A stretch of DNA of 25,716 nt from Abditibacteriaceae bacterium (GCA_031372065.1 JANMKN010000007.1:1-25716), one strand, 5' to 3'; shown: positions 7,617 to 16,502, numbered from the stretch's first letter. Numbers and translations are program-made. The notes: generated from the letters alone by a model not told the origin.

Positions 7617-9589
7617 AACCTCTGATATTCGCCCAATAAACCGCTGCCGGGCACCACTTCGCGCGGGCCTTCAAACTTTTCGCTGCCTTTGTATTCGTAA
7701 CGAATGCGCGCATCGAATAAATCGCAGCGCATGGTTTCCGTCCATGAGCCGTCGGCGTGGTCTTCGCGGTCAATCAGCTTCCATGTTTTGCGCCCTGTGG
7801 CATCGTAGCCGATGTTTTCGGGCGCGGCCATAAAAATCTCTTCGTCGTCGCTCGGCACTTCGTTTTCTTCGCGCTTTTCCAAAAATACGATGCTGCTTTT
7901 GACGCCCGCTCCATAGTGGGCAAACGCCATTTGCGGCAGCGAAATCACGGCGCGCAAACGAAAAGCGCGCAGCAGATAATCGCGCACATAAGCGAGGCTC
8001 GAATTGGTCAGAATGCCGTCCGGCAACACCACAACGGCGCGTCCGGCGGGGCGCAAGAACTGGTGAATGCGCTCTAAAAAGAGAATCTCGGTTTTCTGAT
8101 TCTTGCGCGGTTTGCGATTGCCTTTGGCATCTTCGTTTTCGGCCAGTTCAGGATACAGTTCCGATAAATGCGGCTTTTCGCTAAAGGCCACCTGCGCCCC
8201 AAACGGCGGATTGGTCAGAATCAAATCAAACGAAGCCGGCGTGAAACCGGCCTTGATAACATCGAACCGCGCCCACACTTCGAGCGCGTCTTCGCCGATG
8301 ACATTGGTGTGCCCGTCATCGTGCAAAATCATGTTCATCTTCGCCACGCGCGCGATTTCGTCGTTGATTTCAATGCCGAATAATTGGTTTTGCGCGAACG
8401 AATGCCAGTAGTTGTAATGCTTGACCGCTTCGGACGGGTCGGTTTCCCAATCGGAAAAATGTTCGTTGGCTTCGCGGCGAATATGGTCGAGCGCATGAAG
8501 CAAAAAGCCGCCGCTGCCACAGGCCGGGTCCAGCACACGGTCATGCACGCTGGGCGGAAACAGTTCCACGGCGAATTGAATCACTTCGCGCGGCGTGAAA
8601 TATTGCCCGAAATTGCCTTTGAAAAAGCCGTCCATGAAACGCTCGAACGCCACGCCTTTGGTATCGAGTTCGGTCTTCTCCAAGTTGATGCCCTGCAAGT
8701 GAGAAACAACCGGCGAAAGCATCATATCGGGCACTTTGATGGTTTCGTCGAAAACGCCTGCATCGCGTTCGCGCTTGCGATAAGTGTCGTAAAGAGCGCG
8801 AATGCGCACCGCCAACTGCGAGGGCGTTTCGTGGGTGCGAATCTGAAATTCGTAAGGCTGGTTTTTGCGGGTTTCTTTTTCGTCGCAGGTTTTGGCAAAA
8901 ATCAATTTGCACATTTCGCCAAAAGCTGCCGGAGGCGATAGTTTGCCACCGCCCCACAGCGTGTCGTGGCTTTTCTTCATGGCGGCAATGAGGGTTTCTT
9001 TGGAAACCGGCTGAATATCGAGATTGCCGCCCCGCGCAAACTTATATTCCGGCACTTTGCCATAAGCCACCGGCAAGTCGGAAACGATATTATCGTTGCG
9101 CTCCAACACCGGATATTTATCTGTGCAATCGAAAAAGCGCTCAGTGGCACCAGCCACCACGCCAACATAAGTGGCACGAAATTTATGGGCGTGCCCGTTG
9201 CCAAACGCTTGTTCAATAGCTTGGGTAAATTCGGCAGGCGAAATTTTTTCTTTCTTACATTCGATAACGATAAAGGGGTCTTTGCGCGCGTCATCTTTGA
9301 AAATCACGATGTCGGCGGCATCTTTGGGCGTGCGGTCAGGCACCGAAATTTCAATGCCAATGCGCTGCGGTGGATAATGATAATGCTCAATGAGCTTCGC
9401 CCAAAATTCGGCGCGCACCTGTTCTTCGGGGTCGTCGTAAATTTCTTTATGGCCGCTCGGAAAATAAGTAATCACGCGACGGCCTTTATCATCATAAGCC
9501 AAATTCGCCAGTTTTTTGGCGATGACTTTTTCTAAAAACGAACCGGGTAGCGGCACCAGTTTTTGCGGGTCGAAAGGTTTATTGCTCAT
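7586..9589 (-). CDS. Fused endonuclease (HsdR_N-type PD-(D/E)xK) / N6-adenine DNA methyltransferase (type IIB/IIG-like RM subunit)
   Basis: N-terminal PEEQVR..ADIVIF..IECKK nuclease domain; MTase motifs GQYFTPR, LDPACGSGGFL, ILTNPPFG. ATG at 9589 was chosen because 9625 lies inside the upstream terminator. Confidence 0.92.
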   Translation of the reverse strand: MSNKPFDPQKLVPLPGSFLEKVIAKKLANLAYDDKGRRVITYFPSGHKEIYDDPEEQVRAEFWAKLIEHYHYPPQRIGIEISVPDRTPKDAADIVIFKDDARKDPFIVIECKKEKISPAEFTQAIEQAFGNGHAHKFRATYVGVVAGATERFFDCTDKYPVLERNDNIVSDLPVAYGKVPEYKFARGGNLDIQPVSKETLIAAMKKSHDTLWGGGKLSPPAAFGEMCKLIFAKTCDEKETRKNQPYEFQIRTHETPSQLAVRIRALYDTYRKRERDAGVFDETIKVPDMMLSPVVSHLQGINLEKTELDTKGVAFERFMDGFFKGNFGQYFTPREVIQFAVELFPPSVHDRVLDPACGSGGFLLHALDHIRREANEHFSDWETDPSEAVKHYNYWHSFAQNQLFGIEINDEIARVAKMNMILHDDGHTNVIGEDALEVWARFDVIKAGFTPASFDLILTNPPFGAQVAFSEKPHLSELYPELAENEDAKGNRKPRKNQKTEILFLERIHQFLRPAGRAVVVLPDGILTNSSLAYVRDYLLRAFRLRAVISLPQMAFAHYGAGVKSSIVFLEKREENEVPSDDEEIFMAAPENIGYDATGRKTWKLIDREDHADGSWTETMRCDLFDARIRYEYKGSEKFEGPREVVPGSGLLGEYQRFCHDRAPFFV

Positions 9590-9605
9590 GGGTTTTGGTT
9601 GAGAT

Positions 9606-9637
9606 AAAAGGGGCGAAGTTTTCACTTCGCCCCTTTT
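9606..9637 (-). terminator. Terminator downstream of the 9641-10327 gene
   Basis: AAAAGGGGCGAAGT-TTTC-ACTTCGCCCCTTTT inverted repeat. Confidence 0.8.
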
Positions 9638-9640
9638 AAT

Positions 9641-10327
9641 TTACGGTGTTTGACCTCCTTGCGCATTTTGCGCGTGTTCGGGTTCGGCTTCGATGTGCGA
9701 GGCGGTGACCCATTGTTGCAAGGCGTCGGCATCGGCAGTCTCGGCGTCGGGGCCGAAGATGTTGTTGACGATGGAGCGCAACGAACGCAGTTCGCGCACC
9801 GTGATGCGCGTTAGGCGGTCCATTTCTTTGGTGGCTCCCGAACTCGATTGGTCGCCCGCATCTTGATGGTCTTCGGCATCGTTGGCTTGCTGCGCGACGG
9901 TGGAAAGTTTGGTCAGGAAATTGGCTTCCATGCCGTAATCTATGAAAAGCTGCGTGTGTGGCGCGGCTTTTTGGGCATAGGTCGTGGCAGCGGTCAGCCA
10001 TGTTTGCAAGTTGCGCCCGGCGGGTAACGGAAAATCATCGGCGATGTCGGGCAATTCGTCATCGAAGTCAATCGAATCGGCGGTGTCGTGGATGCGCTTT
10101 ATCAATTTGCGCAACGCCTCAAAAGCGCGATTGCTGGCCCCAACAGCGCCGTGCGCGCTGTTGCCGCCGCCCGCTTGCTGCGAATCCAATTGCTTGATGC
10201 GCGTTGTGTTGGCGGCGATGGTCGCCAGTTTTTGCTGCCCTTTGGCGGTTAGTTGGTCGCCCCAGTTGCCGCCCCAAACAATAACCACATCAAATGCGTT
10301 CACTCTACGGCGAAGAAAGTCCTTCAT
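9641..10327 (-). CDS. Hypothetical all-helical protein (228 aa), apparently two tandem helical-bundle repeats
   Basis: ATG at 10327 (MKDFLRRRVNAF) with a TAGGAG SD. The longer 288-aa ORF only reads through the repeat array. The halves share a pattern (QQAGGGNSAHGAVGASNRAFEALRKLIKRI / HQDAGDQSSSGATKEMDRLTRITVRELRSL). Confidence 0.8.
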   Translation of the reverse strand: MKDFLRRRVNAFDVVIVWGGNWGDQLTAKGQQKLATIAANTTRIKQLDSQQAGGGNSAHGAVGASNRAFEALRKLIKRIHDTADSIDFDDELPDIADDFPLPAGRNLQTWLTAATTYAQKAAPHTQLFIDYGMEANFLTKLSTVAQQANDAEDHQDAGDQSSSGATKEMDRLTRITVRELRSLRSIVNNIFGPDAETADADALQQWVTASHIEAEPEHAQNAQGGQTP

Positions 10328-10380
10328 TCTTTTGCTCCTAAAAAGGGATTTACAATGCCTATTATGCCAATTTAAGAAGC

Positions 10381-10670
10381 AAGTTTCGAGAGGCAAAACG
10401 CCTTTTCCAGTGACAAGTAAGCGTCCGGCGCGCAAAATAAGCCGTTCTGTCATCCGAAGAAGCCGTTCTGCGCTTCGCACAACCCGTTCTGCTCTCTGGC
10501 AGAGCATTTCGCCGCTTGATAAGACATTTTGCCACTTGGCAACGAGTTCTTCTATATGAAAAGTAGGATTTGAGCATTCAAACAGAACGTTCTACCACTT
10601 GATAAGACGTTCTGCGACTTGACGGAGCGTTCTGCCGTTTGACGAAGCCATTCGTCTATATGACAAGTAG
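10381..10670. repeat. Degenerate tandem array A, about 14 units of 20-21 bp, core CGTTCTGc.rCTTGa
   Basis: CGTTCT cores at 10443, 10464, 10485 (period 21) and 10588, 10608, 10628 (period 20); degenerate cores at 10422, 10505, 10525, 10545, 10649. Confidence 0.8.
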
Positions 10671-10785
10671 ATTATTCGACAGAATTCTCCAGCGTGATTT
10701 TCATGACATCGCCGCTGCGGGGGTAAAGTTGTCGCCGCGTTCGACCTTATAACTACCTCGAAAGTTTTCACGCGGCTCCCTCTAC

Positions 10786-11373
10786 TTAATCGCCCGTTGC
10801 AACCGCTTCAAATTCCTCTTCCGACTTCATAGCGCCGCGATTGAAAAGTTGTTGCGGGGCGTCGTTGAGCGTGGCAAATTCGGCGAGCGATGGCAAATCG
10901 TCTATGGCGCGCAGGCCAAATAAATCCAAAAACTGCGCGCTGGTGGCATAAAGCCACGGGCGACCCGGCGCTTCTTTGCGGCCCGCCAATTGGACGAGTT
11001 TTTTATCGAGCAACTGATGCAAACTGCCCGCGCAATCCACGCCGCGCAGTTCTTCGACTTCGCCACGCGTGACGGGTTGGCGATACGCGACAATTGCCAG
11101 CACTTCAAAGGCGGCGCGCGATAATTTGGGCTTTTTTTCGTCGCGTAATTGACGAATGTAGCTCGCAAATGCCGGTTTGGTGACGATTTGCCAGCCTTGC
11201 GCCACTTCCACGATTTGCAGGCTGCCAATGCTGGCTTTTTCTTCGCGCAAAACTTCGAGTTCTTCGCGCGCTTTGGCTTCGTCCAATTCGGCGATTTGCG
11301 CCAATTTTTTCAATGGCAACGGCTTTTCGGAGGCAAAAAGCAGGCTTTCGATGATGTCGGCTTTGGTGGGCAT
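10786..11373 (-). CDS. scpB: SMC-Scp complex subunit ScpB
   Basis: IESLLFAS..PL, LSRAAFEVLAIVAYRQPVTRGEVEELRGV, GRPWLYATS..FL..FGL..LP. Confidence 0.96.
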   Translation of the reverse strand: MPTKADIIESLLFASEKPLPLKKLAQIAELDEAKAREELEVLREEKASIGSLQIVEVAQGWQIVTKPAFASYIRQLRDEKKPKLSRAAFEVLAIVAYRQPVTRGEVEELRGVDCAGSLHQLLDKKLVQLAGRKEAPGRPWLYATSAQFLDLFGLRAIDDLPSLAEFATLNDAPQQLFNRGAMKSEEEFEAVATGD

Positions 11374-11375
11374 AA

Positions 11376-11407
11376 AAAGTTCAAAGTTCAAAGTTCCAAG
11401 GTTCAAA
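11376..11407. repeat. Short heptamer tandem repeat (AAAGTTC)x3-4 between scpA and scpB
   Basis: aaagttc aaagttc aaagttc caaggttc aaa. Confidence 0.7.
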
Positions 11408-11426
11408 TTTGGCCTTGGACTTAAAA

Positions 11427-12260
11427 CTAATTCTCCGGCATCTTAATATAAATTTCGTCAAACAATTCTTTTTGCTCGACGCGGGCGCGGCCCCGGCGAA
11501 TCAGTTCGAGGACGGCTAAAAAGGTTATCACGACTTCCAAACGCGTTTCGCAATCGTCGCAGACAGCGCGAAATGTGATGCCTTCCGGCGAAGCCGCAAT
11601 GCGGCGATGCAAATCGCGGATGCGTTCGCCGATGGTAAACGGTTCGCGCCGAATTACGGCTGTCGGGCGTTCGTCCAAGCGCGCCAGCACTTTTTGCAAA
11701 GCGCGCAATAAATCAAAAGTCGAAACGTCTTCGAGCAGCAACGCAGCTGTGATTTCCGTCTCGTCGGCACTCGTTTCTTTGGGCTGCGGCGGGCGCGCGA
11801 ACATATCGAGACGCACTTCGCGCATATCTTTAAGCGTGTCGGCGGCTTCTTGAAACTTTTGATATTCGAGCAGCCGGTCAACCAATTCCTTGCGCGGGTC
11901 ACGGCCTTCGTCGTCCATCGCGTCTTCGTTGGCCGATTGCTGTTTGGGCAAAAGCATTCGCGCCTTGATTTGCATCAGCGAAGCCGCCGTCACCAAAAAA
12001 TCGCCCGCGTATTCCAAATCCACTTCGTCCATCAATTTCAAGTAAGTAATGAATTCGTTGGTGACTTCTTGAATTGGAATATCGAAAATATCATAGCGAT
12101 GGGCGCGCACCAGATAAAGTAGCAAATCCAGCGGCCCTTCGAAAACGCGCAAAGCAATGCGATGACCTGTAAAGCGTTCTGGGTCGCGCACTTGCGGCTG
12201 ATGCAGCGGGCCGGAAATTTCTTCCTGATTTTCGATAAATTCAGGCTGTTCGTTTTCCAC
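11427..12260 (-). CDS. scpA: Segregation/condensation kleisin ScpA
   Basis: FEGPLDLLLYL, AGDFLVTAASLMQIKARMLLP, DPRKELVDRLLEY, VVITFLAVLEL. The probable GTG start at 12260 lies just after the upstream stop. Confidence 0.95.
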   Translation of the reverse strand: MENEQPEFIENQEEISGPLHQPQVRDPERFTGHRIALRVFEGPLDLLLYLVRAHRYDIFDIPIQEVTNEFITYLKLMDEVDLEYAGDFLVTAASLMQIKARMLLPKQQSANEDAMDDEGRDPRKELVDRLLEYQKFQEAADTLKDMREVRLDMFARPPQPKETSADETEITAALLLEDVSTFDLLRALQKVLARLDERPTAVIRREPFTIGERIRDLHRRIAASPEGITFRAVCDDCETRLEVVITFLAVLELIRRGRARVEQKELFDEIYIKMPEN

Positions 12261-12262
12261 AA

Positions 12263-12961
12263 TTACGATGTTTCGATGCTCCTTACCGGCAGGCCGAGAA
12301 CAAAAGACAAGGCAACGCGCGCCAAAATTAAAAATGGCGCCAGCAGATATTTTAGCGAGGGCAGGCTCAAAAAGAGCAGCAAATAAGCGCCCAGCCCCAA
12401 ACGCGCGAAAAACAAGCCCCACGTTGGCGGGCCGAGACGACGCAGCACGAAATAACCATCCAGAGGCGGCAATGGAATGAAATTAAACGCCGCTGTGCAA
12501 ACGTTGAGCAGCACGCCCGCTGCTAAAACGCTCGCGGCAATTTGAGGCCATTCACCGTTGGGCTGCAATTGCATGATTTCGCGCCATGCGCCTTCGTCTA
12601 ACGGCGGGGAAATAAGGCGAAAGAACAACAGCATCAGCAGCCAAAACGCGGCTTGCACCAAATTGCACAGCGGCCCGGCCAAAAGCACCCAAAAGACATC
12701 ACGTTTCGGGTCGCGCAGTTTTTCGCGGTCAAAAACCACCGGGCGCCCCCACACCACCAAAGGCGCGTTTATCAGGGCGGCGCACAGCAAAAGCAAAAAG
12801 CCGGCGGCATCGAAATGCGCCCACGGATCAAGCGTTAAACGGCCCCGTTCGCGCGGCGTGTTATCGCCCAATTTGACAATCATCCACGCGTGCGCAAATT
12901 CATGCAGCGCAATCGCCAAAAACGCGGCGGGCAATGCCAGAAACGGAGCGAGGAAATTCAT
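12263..12961 (-). CDS. Site-2 protease family (peptidase M50) membrane metalloprotease
   Basis: HEFAH zinc motif, GRLTLDP..H, AGPLCN, FNFIPLPPLDG; probable ATG at 12961. Confidence 0.93.
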   Translation of the reverse strand: MNFLAPFLALPAAFLAIALHEFAHAWMIVKLGDNTPRERGRLTLDPWAHFDAAGFLLLLCAALINAPLVVWGRPVVFDREKLRDPKRDVFWVLLAGPLCNLVQAAFWLLMLLFFRLISPPLDEGAWREIMQLQPNGEWPQIAASVLAAGVLLNVCTAAFNFIPLPPLDGYFVLRRLGPPTWGLFFARLGLGAYLLLFLSLPSLKYLLAPFLILARVALSFVLGLPVRSIETS

Positions 12962-12972
12962 TCGAATGAGAA

Positions 12973-13030
12973 ATGCGGAGTGCAGAGCGCGAAGTGATTC
13001 ATTCCACACTCCGCATTCTGCACTCCGCAT
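12973..13030. repeat. Intergenic palindromic element built from 7/14-bp units
   Basis: ATGCGGAGTGCAGA ... TCTGCACTCCGCAT are perfect 14-bp arms; CACTCCGCAT occurs twice, 14 bp apart. Confidence 0.7.
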
Positions 13031-14341
13031 TCACGAAAGGCGTGCTGGAATCTCGTCGCGCGCGATTAAATCATCTAAGGTTTCGCGTTTGATGATGATG
13101 TCGCTTTGGCCGCCATCAACCAAAACCACAGCGGGGCGGCAAAAGCGATTGTAATTGCTTGCCATGGCGTAATTGTAGGCGCCCGTCGAATAAACCGCGA
13201 GAACATCGCCGGGTTGCGTCGGCGGCAGTTTCACATCTTCAAAAAGCACATCGGTTTCGCAATGTTTGCCCGCGATGGTGTAAGTTTCACTGGTCGCCTC
13301 GTGGGCGCGATTGGCGTTGACAACGTGATATTTCGCTTCGTAAAGTGCCGGGCGCGGATTATCGCTCATGCCGCCATCAACAGCGACATAAGTGCGAATT
13401 TCGGGAATCGTTTTCAAGCCGCCGGTGCGATAAAGCGTTGTTCCAGCTTCGCCGACCAATGCACGGCCCGGTTCAACCGAAATATGCGGCACATCAAGAC
13501 CAAGCGCGGCGCATTTGCTTTTCACGGTGCCGATTAAAGTAGCCGCGTAGTTTTCAAAACTCGGCGGTGTGTGTTCGGGCAAATAACGGATGCCAAGACC
13601 ACCGCCCAAATCGAGTTCGGGCAAAACAACGCCTAAATCGGTTTTGATTTCCGCTAAAAAATCGCACATTTGTCCGGCGGCCAGTTCAAAAAATTCGGCA
13701 TCTAAAATCTGGCTGCCGATATGACTGGACAGGCCGACGAGTTCGAGATTTTTCTTGGTGAGCGCTTTTTCTACGCCGCTGCGCGCACCGCCCCCGCGTA
13801 GGTTCATGCCGAATTTGGTGTCTGTCCGTCCGGTTTGAATCAAACGATGCGTGTGCGCGTCCACCGAGGCGGTCAAACGCAGCAAAATTTTCTGTTTGCC
13901 GCCGCGCGCGCCGACAACTTCATCCAGCACATCCAATTCGTGTTCGTTGTCCACTACGATGCGGCCCACTCCAACGCGCACGGCCATTTCGAGTTCTTCA
14001 CGTGACTTGTTGTTGCCGTGAAAAACGATGCGCTCCGGCGGAAAATCGGCGCGCAAAGCGGTGAAAAGTTCGCCCGCCGAGGCCACGTCAATCGAAAGAC
14101 CTTCCTGCGCCACGATGCGCGACAAAGCGAGGCACGGAAACGCTTTGCTGGCATAAATAATCGTCGTTTGCGCGTGCTGATCGGCCAGCGCTTTTTTCAT
14201 GGCGCGCATGACGTGACGAATGTGCGCCTCATCCATGACAAACAGCGGCGTGCCGTATTGTTCGGCCAGTTCAACGGTGTCGCAGCCGCCGATTTCCAAA
14301 TGCCCGGCGGCATTCACTTTTTGGGTTCCAAGCAAAAACAC
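13031..14341 (-). CDS. lysA: Diaminopimelate decarboxylase
   Basis: YGTPLFV, YASKAF (PLP Lys), HGNNKS, HIGSQI, DLGGGLG, EPGRA, HCETD, GAYNYAMASNYN. Probable GTG start at 14341 after GAAGGAAG. Confidence 0.97.
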   Translation of the reverse strand: MFLLGTQKVNAAGHLEIGGCDTVELAEQYGTPLFVMDEAHIRHVMRAMKKALADQHAQTTIIYASKAFPCLALSRIVAQEGLSIDVASAGELFTALRADFPPERIVFHGNNKSREELEMAVRVGVGRIVVDNEHELDVLDEVVGARGGKQKILLRLTASVDAHTHRLIQTGRTDTKFGMNLRGGGARSGVEKALTKKNLELVGLSSHIGSQILDAEFFELAAGQMCDFLAEIKTDLGVVLPELDLGGGLGIRYLPEHTPPSFENYAATLIGTVKSKCAALGLDVPHISVEPGRALVGEAGTTLYRTGGLKTIPEIRTYVAVDGGMSDNPRPALYEAKYHVVNANRAHEATSETYTIAGKHCETDVLFEDVKLPPTQPGDVLAVYSTGAYNYAMASNYNRFCRPAVVLVDGGQSDIIIKRETLDDLIARDEIPARLS

Positions 14342-14454
14342 AATTTCTTCCTTCTTCCAATAAAAACGCCCTGCCAGTGTAGCAAAGCCACCGTTTCGTT
14401 CGCGGCCCCTCACTTGCATGAGACTTTGACAAACCCGAAATAAAAGGATCAGAA

Positions 14455-15306
14455 ATGTCGCCTCGTTTTCTCCTCTTACCGCTTTGCGCTATGGCTTTTG
14501 CCGGCTGCAACGCGCCTTCAGAAACCGCCACAACCACACCCGCGACTGCGCCGGTGGCCCAAGCGACCACCGCCGAAACCTCAGCCGTAGCCGCGCGACC
14601 CAATGAAGCCACGGGCGCTTTTGTGCGCTGCATTCATGTGGTGCCGGGCGCCGGGTCAATGGAACTGCGCGACGGCGATAATTCGCTGATGAAAGGCGTG
14701 GAATTCGGCACGGCTTCGTCGTTTGTGGAAGTGCCTCTCAAAGACAAAAAAGACACCAAACTGAAAATTTCAGCCTTCGGCGATGGCAATACGCACGCAT
14801 CGGGGCCGATGCCGGTTACCGTCGAGGGCGGCGAAGATTTGTCGGTTGTCATCAACGGTGTGCCGGGCGACATCGAAATGATGCCTTTTAAGCACAAAAA
14901 TCACGGTTCGGCGCCCGGCAAAGTCAAAGTCGCCTTTTTGCACGCCGCCAAAGGCTTGCCCGGTGTGGATATTATGGTGGATGGAAAATCGTTTCGCAAA
15001 AACGTGAAATACGGCATCAACACCGATTACGAAACGATGGCGCCGGGCCGTCACACCATGAAAGTGGACTACACCGAAACTGTGTCCGCCGATAAATTGC
15101 CAACGCCCGTTCCGCTGCCCGGTTCGGCGCCCGCACCCGAAGTGATGGTCAAACAGCGCCAGCATATCGCGCTCACGCAAGACCTCGATTTAGTCGGCGG
15201 ACAGGTTTATTCGGTCACGGTTTATTACGACGATAAACATTTGCCACGCTTGCTCGTGGCGCAAGACAAATTCGTGCCGACGCTCAAAAACGCGCCCGAA
15301 AAATAA
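14455..15306 (+). CDS. DUF4397-like lipoprotein
   Basis: Lipobox AFAG-C, Ala/Thr/Pro linker, two repeats VRCIHVVPGAGSMEL / VAFLHAAKGLPGVDI. Confidence 0.82.
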   Translation: MSPRFLLLPLCAMAFAGCNAPSETATTTPATAPVAQATTAETSAVAARPNEATGAFVRCIHVVPGAGSMELRDGDNSLMKGVEFGTASSFVEVPLKDKKDTKLKISAFGDGNTHASGPMPVTVEGGEDLSVVINGVPGDIEMMPFKHKNHGSAPGKVKVAFLHAAKGLPGVDIMVDGKSFRKNVKYGINTDYETMAPGRHTMKVDYTETVSADKLPTPVPLPGSAPAPEVMVKQRQHIALTQDLDLVGGQVYSVTVYYDDKHLPRLLVAQDKFVPTLKNAPEK

Positions 15307-15311
15307 AGACA

Positions 15312-15345
15312 AAAAAGCCGCTTTTCGCAGGAAAAGCGGCTTTTT
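15312..15345. terminator. Bidirectional terminator
   Basis: AAAAAGCCGCTTTTC-GCAG-GAAAAGCGGCTTTTT between convergent genes. Confidence 0.8.
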
Positions 15346-15955
15346 ATTGCTTCGGCGCTTTGAAAGTCCAAAATTTGGCGGCGCTGAAATTCCAAATCAT
15401 CACAAATGGAATGCCGCAAATGGAAGCAATCATTAAATGATCGGGGTTAGGACTGCTTTGGCCCAACAGCACTTTGCCGGAAAAAACGATTAAAAATAGT
15501 TTAGTCATTAACAGGTTGAGCACCAATCCAACAGCATTAGTCGCGAGGAACTTCACATATTGTGCGCGCGAATCGGCTTGCGAGGTAGCGTGTGATTTTG
15601 CGCGGAATGTCCAGCGTTGATTCCAAATAAATCCATTCGTTACTGCCAAACAAAAAGTCAGCGTATTCCAAGAAAACCAAGGCACCCACGGCAATTGCGA
15701 TAAGACCAGTAATTTTTTGGTGAGAACAAAAAGCAAGCCTTTATCAATGATCGTGCTACTGGCGCCGACGATGCAAAATTTGACGAGTTGACGAAATCCG
15801 GCACGCTGCATTAAGCCAACGCGCGTTGAGCCAATATCGTAGGTGTCAAGCGATGGACTGCCCGGTTCGGGAATTGGTGGCAGAGCGGTTGATTCAGGAC
15901 TTGGTTGGGCAGGAGTCGGTTCGGAGGGCATAAAAGAGACAGATTCGGCTGCCAT
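15344..15955 (-). CDS. GtrA-family membrane protein
   Basis: QLVKFCIVGASSTIID, NGFIWNQRWTF, KFLATNAVGLVLN, WNFSAAKFWTF. Confidence 0.9.
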   Translation of the reverse strand: MAAESVSFMPSEPTPAQPSPESTALPPIPEPGSPSLDTYDIGSTRVGLMQRAGFRQLVKFCIVGASSTIIDKGLLFVLTKKLLVLSQLPWVPWFSWNTLTFCLAVTNGFIWNQRWTFRAKSHATSQADSRAQYVKFLATNAVGLVLNLLMTKLFLIVFSGKVLLGQSSPNPDHLMIASICGIPFVMIWNFSAAKFWTFKAPKQ

Positions 15956-16149
15956 TGGTTATATCACAAAAGCTCTTGTTATGACCTTCTGTTCGCCTAA
16001 AGGCAAGGCAAACGCCGGGCCAATAAATTTGGAAGAGCAGCTACGCCTTTCTTCCAAATCATAAGTGAAACGTTGGGTTTAGATAGATAAATCTACCCAT
16101 CTTAGGGGTATTTGAAGGCAAAAAGGGCTGATTTTGCTGATTTTTGTCG

Positions 16150-16401
16150 AAAATTCAATGACTTTTGCGGTTTAGGCACCGCACTTTGGCGAAAAGTCAC
16201 TCCACTTTCGAGAAAAGTGACTATCTAACGCAGAAAGTTGACTCCACTTTCTGCAAAGTGGAGTGCCTAAAGCAAAAAGGTGAGTCAACTTTTGAGAAAA
16301 TTCACTCAACTTTCGTCAAAGTGCGGTGCCCAAAGCAGAAAGTGGAGTCAACTTTCTGCAAAATGGAGTGACTTTTGCCGAAAAATGCGTGCCAAAAGGC
16401 G
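16150..16401. repeat. Degenerate tandem array B, 12 units of exactly 21 bp, quasi-palindromic consensus AAAGTgGAGTCaACTTT+4 nt
   Basis: Units start at 16150, 16171, 16192, 16213, 16234, 16255, 16276, 16297, 16318, 16339, 16360, 16381. 16230-16254 is the exact reverse complement of 16335-16359. Confidence 0.88.
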
Positions 16402-16502
16402 GTTAGCATACAACTAAAGTAGGAAATGAGGTCACAGTCGTCGGGATTTTTGTGCCGTCTGCGAGAAAATTGACCGTAGGGCAAGCGCAGGTGAAGCCGC
16501 TT

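Noticed and set aside
5389..9625. Classical type I RM system (hsdRMS)
   Set aside because: No HsdR helicase/translocase gene is present; the nuclease domain is fused to the MTase.
10328..10507. N-terminal extension of the 288-aa ORF
   Set aside because: It overlaps array A, and a good SD+ATG exists at 10327.
14342..14454. Lysine riboswitch upstream of lysA
   Set aside because: The divergent intergenic space is only about 110 bp, too short for an L-box, and no matching structure was seen.
16165..16371. 68-aa heptad-repeat ORF (KVDSTFC..)
   Set aside because: TTG start without an SD, and the periodicity continues beyond the stop codon. The dyad symmetry explains the pattern at DNA level.
16150..16401. 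CRISPR array interpretation of the 21-bp arrays (also 10381-10670 and 24638-24868)
   Set aside because: The period is too short, there is no constant repeat alternating with unique spacers, and no cas genes are in the window.
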